64,000 nucleotides of DNA from Tubiluchus corallicola (Eukaryota > Animalia > Priapulida). The stretch covers positions 62,001 through 126,000 of the forward strand of contig JAQGDQ010000209.1 in assembly GCA_030141605.1 (NCBI GenBank). Reading direction: 5' to 3'. Shown here piece after piece: positions 14,915-26,842 of this stretch (its first letter is position 1; every line of letters begins with the position of its first letter). The notes beneath the pieces were generated by a model, which saw only the letters and a program-made list of their open reading frames with translations, ran no database searches and was not told the DNA's origin. A program made the position numbers and the translations under genes.

Positions 14915-16654
14915 TAAAGCAAAGATTTGGGGTTTGGTATTCCCAGTGGAATCGACTAAAATTTAACCACAGGACAAAAAGTAACTAAAAATTGCTACAT
15001 TATACAATAGTTAACTAAAAATAACTAAATAAACGTATGTAGTTTTTATAGCATTGCATTAAGTAAACATTCATGTTGAGAAAATCAGCTGGTCCATCTT
15101 GGCAAACCATATTTAATAGTTCAACTTCCACCTAAATTCCAAGTAAGATATCGTCTGCATAATTTCGCATGACATCCCATTTTTTCGACGCAAGATTTTA
15201 TTACTCTGCCGAGAGCATTATCCTGTTTTTGAAGCAGTTTAGCTCTGACTTTGCTGACATTTAGGAATTTTACTATGCTATGCAGGTTTCGCCTGTAGTG
15301 CGGTCCAGTTCCGTAGCACATGTTTTCCTGAACATTGTTTTGTAAATCATTTTATTGGTTCCGTGGAATGCTGGAATGTTTATGCCAGGATTGCTAGGCT
15401 ATTAATTTTCTCACGGTGTTAGTCAGTCTTAGACTTTGGAATGAAGTATCCGTGTTGCTTTGACAGATATGCGTGTAAGAACCGGATATAGATGTTTCAT
15501 TTCGTGTAGAAGATGATAAACTTTGACTAATTACGTGTCCAGTGAATTGTTTAATTAGATCAGCATAATTTGTTGGTGAAAGTCGAGGTCATGGTCACAA
15601 AATCATGGAAAGGACCACTCTTCTAGTTTCCTTTTAGGTTTTAACGCATTGTTCATCGTTGATAGGATAATATGATGGTAAGATTCGCAGATGGCGCATT
15701 CTAAAATTCTGTTGTTTACGTTTTCTGGCTTTGGTTGCAATTTTCATTATGCTCCCCGTTTTGAATGCTGTGTTTAGTCTGAATAATTGCACTTGTAGTG
15801 AACTAGTACCTAACTGTATTGTATATATTGGTTGCAAGATCGACGACTGAGTTTTGCGAGCGAGAGAGAGAGAGAGAGAGTTTCTCTTAAAGTTTATTTT
15901 TTGCAGTTATTATATTGCAAGTGTATTTTACCTTAACATACTTTTAATTTTATTGCAAAAGCGAGTTATCATTCTGGTTGGGTCTGATCTGGCGTTAAAT
16001 TCGATCAACCCTACAGACCTTTGCTCTTTGAATTTCAATTGCTAGGCTAAGTCTTTTCTATCGCTACTTCTGTGAAAGATATTGAGTATAAAAACCCCTT
16101 CAGAAAGTTCCTCTCTGGAAAACACTAAGGCATATACCTGTTTTCTCACTAGGTATGTACAGTAATTAACTTCACTGGTATGAAAACTATAGCGCAAAAC
16201 GCTAATTAGTTAAAATGCGGTTTATTTTCAACTAAAACGATGCAGTGTACTAGCTTATAAGGTGAATTCAAACTAACTTATAACATTGTCATCTTTCATC
16301 ATGTTCTAGTGCAATAATTGTCATTTTGTATAACGTTTTAATTCTTGTCTAAGTGGTTTTATGTACAGCTAAGAATGAATTGTAATCACTACAAAATCAC
16401 TAAATTAAATTCACAATTTCTTTATAGCTACTCTATTAAACCAAACTTCGAAGCTTTGCTTTTAGATAAAGACAAAATATAAATTTCAGTGTGATTGAGA
16501 ATTTCTAAAACTAGAAAAGAATTCTCATCTCCCGACAGTCATAAGTGAATGTAGTATTAATAATACCATTAGTTTCTTTGCATACTAATTGTTCACGGTG
16601 ACAGTGCCTTATTGATCATATGCATAGCTACATAATTATATATTGTTTTTTCAG

Positions 16655-16820
16655 GTGCTCAATCTTTTGGGTTGTTGTCTTTACAACCATCTCGAGAACA
16701 AATCTACAAACCGGTAGGTGAGTCAGTGTTTGTCACCTGCAGGCCTGATGACAGTGCACAAACTGTAGAACAATTACAGTGGACTGGTCCTAGTGGAGTC
16801 GTATCTGCTAGTTCTGATGC
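16655..16820 (+). CDS. NCAM/Fas2-like exon: Ig1 N-half
   Basis: ttttttcag|GT...GC|gtgagt; GAQSFGLLSLQPSREQIYKPVGESVFVTCRPDDSAQTVEQLQWTGPSG (B-strand Cys, C-strand Trp). Confidence 0.88.
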
Positions 16821-17329
16821 GTGAGTATAATCAGTATGATAAGCTAGGTTACCATGTCATTATAAGCAAAGAACAGCATTTTTTAAAAACAAGTTCCACT
16901 CAAATTGTTCGAAGAACTTAGATACTGGGCCAAAAATCAATGCGGAATTTATATAGTATGTATATTCTTATAATAAAGCTTCTTGGTAAAACAAATTAGG
17001 TGGAGCTTCACAGGCTTTTTTCGAAAATGTTATTGTCACCATCTTGAACTCAAAATGGCGTATACAACATCCAGTTCTGTCAATCGATGCAGAACGTACC
17101 TTAACCTGTTATCATGTAATAATTTTGAACTTATTAATTTAGACTTCTGGCAGTATGTAACAACTAGTAATCTAGCAGTTATAATGTTTTTCTAGAGTTC
17201 TCTCAAGTCTGAGTTCTTGTTTATGAGACAACTTCAATTATGTTCACTTGTGTGTCATCTGTCACATAGCCTAATGTTAAATATATTTAATATTATTGTA
17301 TTACTAAATTGTTGAATGTCTTTTTTTAG

Positions 17330-17478
17330 ACGGATACATTCTGAAGTTGGGCTCACGTGTGATAAGTGTTCGTCTTTAATAGTCAGCATAGTGCAAAATG
17401 GTGATGAGGGTGTTTACACCTGCAACGGCGTCATTGATGGAAATGATGAGTCAGTTGCATTTGAACTGAAAATTTATG
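17330..17478 (+). CDS. NCAM/Fas2-like exon: Ig1 C-half
   Basis: tttttttag|A...G|gtatgt; RIHSEVGLTCDKCSSLIVSIVQNGDEGVYTCNGVIDGNDESVAFELKIY (DxGxYxC motif). Confidence 0.9.
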
Positions 17479-18423
17479 GTATGTACAATTAATTAATTTT
17501 TGCTTCTCATTTGCTTTAATCTAAAGAAGTTTCTTCTGTAAGCTGCAGCGAAAGTGGCAAAAATTATTGTTTACATTTCTTATCTTAAATAAGTGTGTCA
17601 GTGAATTATTAAAGCCAAAACTTTAAAACAAGAGAAGAGAAACAATTTTTTTATTAAGAATGTCATGATGGTGCATCTTCAGTAACCAGTAATAACTTGT
17701 ATCTTTTTTTCATATCTGTTACTATGGCTTTATATAATTTTTTGTATTCATTGCCCTAAGAAGAAATGTATGAGGTTCTTGATGGTCTGTAGTGGCACAT
17801 CGTTTTTCAGAGCTTTCTGCCAAATTGACTTTTCAATAATCTTTTTTGCTGACTTTTACATTTCTCATCATTGACTTTGAATTCTTTATCATATTTAATG
17901 TTCCAATAGTGTTATTTCCGTTTTCCTCCTGCACTTGCCAAATTTATATGGCACCATTTTGAAACATTTGCTGTGGGTACAACAAAACTTTAAAGCTGTT
18001 ACACAAACTCTCCCAACAATAATATCAATGTCCTTTATGGCTTATAGAACTTTCTTCGAAATTGTGAAATGCTAACTTTGTTGTACCTTTAAGGAATTAT
18101 TTTTATGGCATGTAAATAGGTGAAAGAGGCTTAAAAGCTTACCAGTGATTCTCTATTACAATAAATGAGGACCATTTCCAGACAGATGAATTAGTGAGAA
18201 ATTGTGCAGTTGAATTTAATTCGTGTTTTTGCACTATTGAATCGCTCATTATTAATTTCTTGATGGTCATAAGTAGATCTAAATGTAGTTTGTGCCAGCA
18301 GACATTTTATTGTAATTGTAATAATCTTAAATTATCATCTACATTTTTCTATAAAACACATATTATTGTTCAAAGTAGCTTGTAACATACATGGCATAGA
18401 AACATTTTGGTAATTTTTTACAG

Positions 18424-18552
18424 AGGCAATAAAAATTGAAGCTGACGAGGAACAGAGTTTTGAGGAGTACTCTGAAGCATTAGTCAAGTGTATGGTAACT
18501 GGAGAACCAAAACCTATAGTTGATTGGACATGGCGCGGCAGCAGCCAGAAAA
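18424..18552 (+). CDS. NCAM/Fas2-like exon: Ig2 N-half
   Basis: tttttacag|AG...A|gtaatt; EAIKIEADEEQSFEEYSEALVKCMVTGEPKPIVDWTWRG. Confidence 0.9.
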
Positions 18553-19262
18553 GTAATTTAATAGTACACTAAACACAGTTCTGTATTAAAGAGGGTTCTT
18601 GTCTTGTATTGGTAGCTAAGTGTCTTAGTAGTTTAACCGCGTGGAAAGCACTCATTTTAGTTGTATACTTTAATTACTAAATCACCAGCTTGTTACATTT
18701 ATGATGTACAAGCGCCATCTCTTGTGGGAGTGGTAAAACAATTTGTATACCAGAAAATTTGGAAAACAGTGCTGCTGTTGACAGATCTTGGCAAATCACT
18801 CAAATGCCTCGTCAAAACATTTTCTATGAAAAAGTAAATGTCGATTTTGTCCCATCATTTTTGATCCTCTACTCTTTAATTTTTTAAGGATAATATTTTA
18901 TAAGCCTTTCTGGTGAAAGATTTCCATTAAATCCTCATTATATACAGTATTTATACATTATTACACCTTTATTAATAGAAGTCTGTTACAAATTTACATT
19001 TGTAATACCTTTCAAAGATTAATAAATCTTCATTTTCTTTTCAAAACCATTTTTAAAATTGCAACATGCATATTTATTTAATGTTGTTCACTGCACTAAA
19101 ATATCTTTGGAAGTCTAGACAAATATTAACATTTTTACAGATTATACTGTGCAACTGATGAGACTGTCTATTCTTTCTGTTTTACTTCATATTCTTGCTC
19201 CATAGCATTAGTTGTAAATTTAACCTCTCTGGTAAATGTGACCAAGAATTTTGTTTTTACAG

Positions 19263-19403
19263 ATGACCGTTTTATTGAGACTGAGGATGGATTGTTAATT
19301 CAGAATATTTCACGCAAAGACGTTGGCGGTTACACTTGCCGTGCCCGCGTTTCCGGGGATATTAATGATTTAAAGATGTTTGATATTAAAGTCTTGGTTT
19401 TCT
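19263..19403 (+). CDS. NCAM/Fas2-like exon: Ig2 C-half
   Basis: gtttttacag|AT...T|gtacgt; DRFIETEDGLLIQNISRKDVGGYTCRARVSGDINDLKMFDIKVLVF. Confidence 0.9.
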
Positions 19404-19657
19404 GTACGTATCTTTAGTGCTGCCTTTGGAATGATTCACATTATGAACTAATTTTCTCGCTTTTGCAGTTACTCTAGAAACGCACATCTTTCACATACAC
19501 AATAAAAATTTTTGTGCAGCTGGGCTAATTTTGATAAATTTTGGATGTATTCCGCATGTTTATTATAAATCTATTAGACTTTGCATTTATTCATCTGTAG
19601 TCTGTTTTTTATTAATGCCCACATGTCCGAAATCTAGTGCCCAGTAGCTGCCAGATT

Positions 19658-19730
19658 GAGCCAGTAGCTTAAATGGTAGAACATCTCTTGTTTAAATAGG
19701 ATGTTCCGGCTTCAAATCTTTGTTGATCCA
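19658..19730 (+). mobile_element. Degenerate tRNA-like/SINE head in intron
   Basis: A-box TAGCTTAAATGGTAGA and B-box-like GGCTTCAAATC at tRNA spacing; stems poorly paired. Confidence 0.45.
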
Positions 19731-19881
19731 CAGTTTTTGATGCCTCCTTCTATTAATTAATTATATACAACAATTAATATAATATAACAAAACTTGGTTG
19801 TACAAATTGTTGTTGTTATTGATTTGTGTCACACATTGTAATTAATGTAACAACCAAGTTATTTTGCATGAATTGTTTTAG

Positions 19882-20066
19882 ATGCACCATCTTTTGAAAT
19901 TGAAAGGGAAGAACCTTTATCATCATGGATTGGGCAGAGCATTGAGCTTACGTGTGCACCTGAAGGCCACCCTGTTCCGAAAATTACGTGGTTCAAGAAC
20001 GGGGAAGAACTTGGTCCAACAAGCTCTTTGGTCATCGATACTATAGACAGCTCTAGCACATTAAAG
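19882..20066 (+). CDS. NCAM/Fas2-like exon: Ig3 N-half
   Basis: ttgttttag|AT...AAG|gtattc; YAPSFEIEREEPLSSWIGQSIELTCAPEGHPVPKITWFKNGEEL...SSSTLK. Confidence 0.9.
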
Positions 20067-20230
20067 GTATTCACATTTTATGCGCAAACTTAGCCTTTTT
20101 TTAAAGTGTTTACACTAAAGCATAGAAGCATGCACCAATAAAGAGTGCATTTTAATATTATACAATTCACCAGTCAAAATGGGTATACCGGGTCACTGTT
20201 TAGCTAACCTTATATTTTAGCCAATCAAAA

Positions 20231-20501
20231 TGGTAGTTTTTTCCCAACACTGGACAAACAGCATTGCACCTAGAATGAAGTGAATTGACTAAGTGTTAAA
20301 GCTCAAGCCACATACATAATTTGAATCGTTTCAACTGATGAAAACTCACTGCAAATATGTTTTACGAGGTTGTGCTTTATTTCAATAAATTTTTGTTTGA
20401 GTCAAATTTGATATCAAAAATGGCAGCACATTGTTTTTACCCAGCACTGGGTAAACTGTTGGGAAAGACTTCCCTACAAAACTGTTGGGAAAAATATACC
20501 A
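20231..20501. mobile_element. MITE-like element in an intron of the NCAM-like gene
   Basis: Imperfect inverted ends TGGTAGTTTTTTCCCAACA / TGTTGGGAAAAATATACCA. Confidence 0.45.
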
Positions 20502-20563
20502 TCAACACTTTCACTTGTTTGTTATAAAGTAATATTTTAAACAATTATTTTCATCGGTTTTAG

Positions 20564-20663
20564 GTCATATTAAATTCTGATGCTGATTTTGGTGAGTACA
20601 CCTGTAAGGCTGACAATGGAATTGGGGTTCCAGCTGAGAAGATCTTTCCGGTTGACCAAACAT
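20564..20663 (+). CDS. NCAM/Fas2-like exon: Ig3 C-half
   Basis: ggttttag|GTC...T|gtaagt; VILNSDADFGEYTCKADNGIGVPAEKIFPVDQT (DFGxYxCxAxNxIG, reminiscent of NCAM Ig5). Confidence 0.9.
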
Positions 20664-20843
20664 GTAAGTTATTTTTGTAAGTGCACAGATATTCTCTGTG
20701 GCCTTTTAAAGAACAATTGATGTGCTTATGTGGTAAGAGGCAAATTAATGATCATGCCATGTTGAACTCATGATAATAAAATTATAGACTGAACTTTTAA
20801 TTAGCTAAGCTTTAAATAGATGCATTTTAATCATTTTTTTCAG

Positions 20844-21014
20844 TTCTGCCAAAGAATCCTGAAGCCCAGGCAGGTGATATTACACCAACAAGTGTCAGTG
20901 TTGAGATCAGTGGACCAGAGGACAATGGTGGAAACCCTGTTAAAAAATACAATGTAGAATTTAAACTAAAGGATGAAACGTGGGAAGATGCGGGTACCAA
21001 ACAATTTGTAATTG
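20844..21014 (+). CDS. NCAM/Fas2-like exon: FN3 N-half
   Basis: tttttttcag|TT...G|gtaagt; LPKNPEAQAGDITPTSVSVEISGPEDNGGNPVKKYNVEFKLKDETWED (P-x-D-x-GG-x-P-V-x-x-Y FN3 motif). Confidence 0.9.
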
Positions 21015-21648
21015 GTAAGTGGAATTTTACCCATGGTGTTTTTTGAGTGAAATTGAAATTTTGAAAGAATATTTATATTAAAGCTGTTGTCCTGCCATTG
21101 CCATTTGCCAGCAATGTCCAAAAGTGATTTCAGGTTATTGTGAAATGTTCTTTATCCATCTAGTTTAATAATTTATTAGGTAATTTAGGTTATTTAAGTG
21201 AATAGCTTTTGCAGTTAAGCCATAAGGAATTGTAGGTTAAGTTAGAAATTGTCTCATAACATCGAAAACTGCCACATTATCTCATCAGTGCCAGTTGTTG
21301 CAAACTGACACATCTAGTGTTATGTTCTGCAGAATGGAATACTCTTGCTTGAGAAATTAAGTCAGTATTGCCTACTAGAACATCATTAAGACAGTTCATG
21401 TAACTCATTAAGCTATGCCTCAAATTCTAATACAGTTGTATCTTATAGGTTCTTGTTTTTAATACATACTTTAAGCGAAATCCAAAATCTTTTCACATAT
21501 AAATTAATTCCAAGTTGCATTTTTCGTCAAATTAGTAAAAATTTTGATACAAAATAGTAAATAATAAAATAATAACAATATTGTTATTACATTAATACTG
21601 ATTGCTTTGCTTAATTTGCGCACTAATTTCTGTAATTTTTCTGTAAAG

Positions 21649-21923
21649 GTCAAGGGCAGAATATTGATGGGCAATACACGTTTGTTGTTGATGGGCTCAT
21701 GCCGGCTTCTTTTTACGTTTTCCGAGTTGCAGCGCATAACGACGTTGGTACTGGAGCCTTCGGAAACGAGTTCTCTCTTCAAACTGAAGAACTGCCTCAG
21801 ACGGACGCGCCTATGCCTGGCCATAATATTGCTGATAACGATAATGGTGATAGTGGTGCTACCTGTGGTCAGCTATCAGTATTAACTGGTATAGTTATGT
21901 TGATCTGTTCTACATACGTATAG
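21649..21923 (+). CDS. NCAM/Fas2-like terminal exon: FN3 C-half and GPI-type signal
   Basis: tttttctgtaaag|GT; YTFVVDGLMPASFYVFRVAAHNDVGTG (L-x-P-x-x-x-Y-x-F-R-V-x-A-x-N-x-x-G), then ...NGDSGATCGQLSVLTGIVMLICSTYV*. Confidence 0.88.
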
Positions 21924-23903
21924 TGAAGGAGTCATTTAGCATTGTATTTCTTGTTCTGAATCTCAGCATTGAGCATAAGTTTATGATCTCTTCTTTTGGC
22001 TGCTATGTATCTCTTTTTTTGGAAACGAATTTACTGGTACAACATTTCTGTTAGCACTCAGTTGTACAAATTGAGATCATTTCTGCCAATTCTAATTCTG
22101 ATTATGCGCCATTAATAATGCATTTTGTACAGTGTCATAGCTTTATTATGTTCCTCAGATTATAAACGAACAAATTGTTTTACGTCTCACCTGTTGAATA
22201 ATCGTTGCTGTTGATTTTACAATTTGTTCTGTTTTACTTGTACATATGTTTTACATTTGATAAACACTCATGCCTTGTTTTTAGTAGAAAGTCCTGGCTA
22301 CCTCTTTTTTAAATCTTAGCAAATATTCAGTAAATGGTACAAAATTATAGGCATCTAAATTTGAACAGTCACAATGTGGAATATCAGTCACTGTTTGTTT
22401 TAACTTGAACAGTAGAAGTTAGGTATGTATTGCAGAAATATGATAATCCAAAGATGCACTTAATCTACTTCATAAAGGAGAAAGTGAAATTACAATATGC
22501 GTGTGCTGCCATCTATTGAGTGCATTAGAAGTCGACCAGTTTTTGGCACAAACTACGTGTTTCATTAACATCTGAATTAAAAAAAAAACACAGCTACAAA
22601 TTTCATACTTTTCTGGAAGCAGTTTTTGGATAAAGTGTATTAGTAATAAGTATAAGTATTGCTTCATTGTGGAAATCAGGTGCAGGAAATTCTGACTTCA
22701 TCTAGATATTACTGTAATGCAATTTTTTATAATTAAAATTTTGGGCAGTTTTTTGATGTTTAACTATAGTATGTGAAGACGCTTAAGGTCTCTGACATAA
22801 CTGATAGCCACACGCTTTTGTATATAATTTGTGTTTTAGAAATGGCCCGTAAGCGTAGGAAAAAAACAATTCAGTATTTTGTATGTATGTGTTGTAAATT
22901 TTTAATGCTCATTTTAGTGTAGATGATTTCAATGTGTGTGGTAGTTCTAGATGATGTTTATAAAATTCAAAAGTGAAAAACATTTTAGAAAATTATACAA
23001 CTAGGAATATTTTAAATGAAAGCCTGTGACACCTCAGTTTTTTAACCTGCTGCTTAATCCTATCTTTTGACTAACCAACACTATTGTAACCATTATCAGT
23101 TCTGTAGTTGTGATTATTGCCTCTCCACACTTCAGTAATGTCATTCCAAAATGCGTAGTTACCTATGGTTTAGTTTAAAATAATTATTGATAATCAACTG
23201 TGCTGAAATTTTGTAAAAAAATGCTAAAAAATTAAATTATTCTGCAGAGCTTAATGTTGTACTGTGTAAATGTACTTCTTCAATGCAGAGTTATAATAGA
23301 AACAAAGTTTATTACGTTTGGTTTATTTAACAATTTCGATATAAACCTTATCATCCAATTTTCAAGTTCCTTCTCTTCAGGGGATGCTTCTGTTATCTGT
23401 TTCGCTTGCAAATGTACTTTTTCTGAAATTGTGTAAGCTGCAATTTTCTCGCAAATTTAAAATTTATTCGTATTGTTTGCTTTGATTTCTACAAAATGGT
23501 AATTATTCCTGAGATGCAACTGTAGAAGCTGACGATTTGGTTGTTTCATTATCTTTAGCAATCTTTATTTTGTCAATATTGTTCTCTTTTTGTTATGTTT
23601 GGCCTACATTGTGGTCTATCAAGGTAGTATTATGAGATTATCAAATTTCATTGAGCTCGGAGTTGTTTTTAAGTTATTGTGAATGCACTGAAAGGGCAGG
23701 GGATTTGTATAGGTTGAGTGTAATTATTTGCTCTAATTTTAAGAAAGTTGTAAATTTTTAGTCCTCCATAATTTGAGATTAAAAGCATTACCTGTACACT
23801 AGTGCAAAACTATTTTAACCACAGCTGTTTTTTACTTTATTTGACCTTCCTTTGCAGTATCAAGTGTCTATAGTTTAGACGTTAGTGTGTATTAAAATTA
23901 GGA

Positions 23904-23909
23904 AATAAA
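23904..23909 (+). terminator. Candidate polyadenylation signal of the NCAM-like gene (3' UTR ~2 kb)
   Basis: AATAAA followed by TG/T-rich tract (ttgtatttgttctgtgtaacattgtttttt) at the end of a T-rich UTR-like stretch. Confidence 0.45.
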
Positions 23910-24084
23910 ATTGTATTTGTTCTGTGTAACATTGTTTTTTCCTTTGGCTATTTTCGACTGGAATGGAATGTCACCAGCGGTTGGTTGGTGGACTGGTTTG
24001 GTTGGTGATTGGTTGGTTGTTTCGCTTAGTTATTTGGTCAATTAGTCACATTCCACGTTTTATCTTTCTTGTCGGTAATCTTAA

Positions 24085-24246
24085 CTAGGGTTTACTAGAT
24101 ATCCGAAATGCGTTATGCGTTATATACCTGCGGAATTGCTGCATATAAAAAATTCAATAGGAAATGGCTGCTGAAAAAAATAACGCAGTCAAATAAACGG
24201 ATGCATTGAAAACAATTTAAACCGATTTTATCTATCTGCATCCGGA
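24085..24246. mobile_element. MITE family A copy 2 (degenerate)
   Basis: Shares caataggaaat...gtcaaataaa...tgcattgaaaacaat.taaaccgattttatctat with copy 1. Confidence 0.75.
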
Positions 24247-25837
24247 GTTTTGCCTGAGCAAAATATATTTTAAGTGCCCAGAAGCAATTTTTATTAGAAT
24301 GCAGTTAGTTTTTGCTAGTTTGTATGATAACATAATGAACACGATGAATTTTGAAATATTGTGGGCGGAGCTACAGTAAAGGCGAAGCAACTTGGGATTT
24401 AGAACATCATGAAATTGAAATTCACAAATTACCATAGTATGCATTTCAGTGGTAGGCTTATTCAATGTTGCGGTGTATTAGACTATTGGAGTAAGGGCGT
24501 GCAATATTCAACGTTTATTTCTTTTCTGTTGAAACAAATTTAACACACTATTGTCTTAAAAACAGATCCGATGTATGATAAATGATTTTTACAAATGCAT
24601 TGCAGTATGCCTTTACTATAAAAGTCAATCGTGTTGTACTAGAAACTGGCCAATTATTGCCACCGCAGAATACAAAACTGCCGTTAAAAGGAAAGGGGTG
24701 GCCTTATCAGTTTCTGGCCTTAACATGTAGTGGCAGCACCTATGTGAATTTACCTGTAATTCTACCTGCGAAGTTGCAAATTAGGTTGAGCCTCACTAAA
24801 CACGCTTATGTAAACGTTAAATAACGTTTAGATAATTTATCAAGTAATAATTTGTAGCCTCTCTGCCAGATTTGCTGTAAACCAGTATGACGTTCCTAGG
24901 ATGTATTAAGATGTTATAGTCGCACGATAGATCATTATACATTTGTAAGCAGTGAAAGTAGTCAAATTTATTATTTCCATTTTTTTATATACAGAAATAA
25001 ATATATTTGAGAACACCATATGCTATGAAGGGGATTATTTTCGTGTTCTCGTCACAGGCAAAAAGGAAATAGAAGAGGAGACAAGAGCCAATTTGTTTTA
25101 TCAAATCATTCCCAGTTAATTTCAGTAAGCCACCGTGACAACTAAAATAATGTTGCTAGCTGCTCTATTCTTTCTACAAGAATGACTAAGCAGTCAACTG
25201 ATGGCAATAACGGCTGTTAAATTGCTTAAAGAGGTTGAGTGTGTTTTGGCAAAGATTTAGGTTTTTATATTAACAATGATGTCTTAATGACATTCCACAA
25301 TCGAAAAAATTCTGCCTTTACTATTAACGTAATTAGTTAATTAACAAATTAAAGCACGTTGGTTATCATAACATGAATTATACACCCAAGGAGCTAACGA
25401 CTTCTGGTTAACGTGGAAAGAAAGATGTGAAAAAATCGTTCTTTAGCCAAATTTGGAATCGCAAGGAAAACGCCCTTCCTACCTGAGCTAAAAGGAATAG
25501 AAAGGTAACCCTTACAAGATTTTAATGTCACAAACATCTTTTTCAAGACTTTCATTCATGGCTAGGCCTTGGAACTTAGATAGAGAGGAGAGAAAGAGGG
25601 CGAGGAAGAAGATTATTAATTATTGTTCCTTTCACTTCTTCCTTTCTATACCAATCGTAGAAGTTACGTGAGAGAAAATTCGTGTTATTTATGACTATGC
25701 ATGTAGTAGGCAGTAATGACACGAACAGCCTTTGCTTGGAGAATTCAAACCGTTAGTAAGTTATGTCCTGTACCTTTTGTATATTTTAGTTACAAAGGCA
25801 TCAATCTCAAATTTTTTTCAGAAAAAAATAATGGAAA

Positions 25838-26842
25838 TTAATAACAATTGTAATCAAACAGTGCCATGTCCTCGCTGAAACGTTGACACAATTTTTCAGT
25901 GGTGTTTCTAGGAACTGAGCGAAAATACTTTTGATACTCAACCTTGGGCCTTCGATTCCTAGGCCAGGTTACAAGTTTGGTGACATTTAGTTCATTCAGG
26001 ATATAACTCGCATCGTCATCCATTGTTTCGTACTTTCCTATAAAATCATAATCTATGGCACAAGGATTGCACAAAGTAACGTAGGGTTCCCAATGTTCGA
26101 AGATGTGGCGAGCCTGGTAACGTTTTCCCGTGAAAGGTGGCATGTAAGAACTTGGATCCAACAGAAAAAGAAAAAATTCTGAAAGTTTTTTCATGTCTAC
26201 GATTCGATTTCGTTCGGTTTCAACTCTTTGGCGATATTCCTTTGATCCCCGAAGGTAGTTTTTCGTTAAGAAGTACAAGCTGTCCTCTTCTGTTCGATTG
26301 ATTTTGTCGCGATATGCTGAGACAACTCTGTCTAGAGGATGACGAACGAACAGGAATTTGTAGTAATTCTGCAATCTGTACTGCCTCTGAGATTCTGAAT
26401 AAATACCCAGATTATACTCGTTTTGTATGAAGTGAACTCTCTGATTGGGATATAATTCGCCGTCTTGTTGTATTTTCGTTAGTACAGATTTCCAAGCGGT
26501 CGTGGCGACCTTTGGAATGTGGCAGTACATGAATTTAAATTTCTCGTTGACCAAGATGAACTTTAAGTTGTTTTCGGTTATAGAGGAACCTTTCATAGTT
26601 TTACAGACATCACTGATACGCTGCAGTCTTTCCCGATAAACTTCTGTTGATTTGGCGTTGAAAACAGGCACACTACTTGCCTCATTAACTTCGCCTTTGG
26701 ACAGGTTCTCGAGTTCAATTCCATTTGATTTCTTTAAAAGTAGATTTTTTGACATGACAGTGAGAAAGAGGAAACCGGCAGCTCCCGCTATGGCAAGAAG
26801 TGTACATAGTTTACGTCCTAGATTTTTCTCGCAACGACGCAT
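25838..26842 (-). CDS. Carbohydrate sulfotransferase (Sulfotransfer_2; CHST8-14/HNK-1ST family), type II Golgi membrane protein, 334 aa, intronless CDS
   Basis: First ATG at 26842 (MRRCEK...), N-terminal TM LCTLLAIAGAAGFLFLTVM, 5'-PSB YCHIPKVATTAWK, 3'-PB FLFVRHPLDRVVSAYRDK, HWEPYVTLCNPCAIDYDFIGKYETM and terminal DMALFDY. Confidence 0.93.
   Translation of the reverse strand: MRRCEKNLGRKLCTLLAIAGAAGFLFLTVMSKNLLLKKSNGIELENLSKGEVNEASSVPVFNAKSTEVYRERLQRISDVCKTMKGSSITENNLKFILVNEKFKFMYCHIPKVATTAWKSVLTKIQQDGELYPNQRVHFIQNEYNLGIYSESQRQYRLQNYYKFLFVRHPLDRVVSAYRDKINRTEEDSLYFLTKNYLRGSKEYRQRVETERNRIVDMKKLSEFFLFLLDPSSYMPPFTGKRYQARHIFEHWEPYVTLCNPCAIDYDFIGKYETMDDDASYILNELNVTKLVTWPRNRRPKVEYQKYFRSVPRNTTEKLCQRFSEDMALFDYNCY

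Larger units (their letters stand above)
16655..21923 (+). other. Gene model: NCAM/Fasciclin-2-like IgSF cell-adhesion protein, 3 Ig + 1 FN3 + GPI-type tail (~438 aa without signal exon)
   Basis: Eight GT-AG exons join in one frame with consistent phases (1,2,1,1,1,0,1,1): 16655-16820, 17330-17478, 18424-18552, 19263-19403, 19882-20066, 20564-20663, 20844-21014, 21649-21923. Each domain is split over two exons. Confidence 0.9.

Noticed and set aside
19658-19730. Functional tRNA gene
   Set aside because: Acceptor and T stems mismatched; treated as a SINE or pseudo-tRNA
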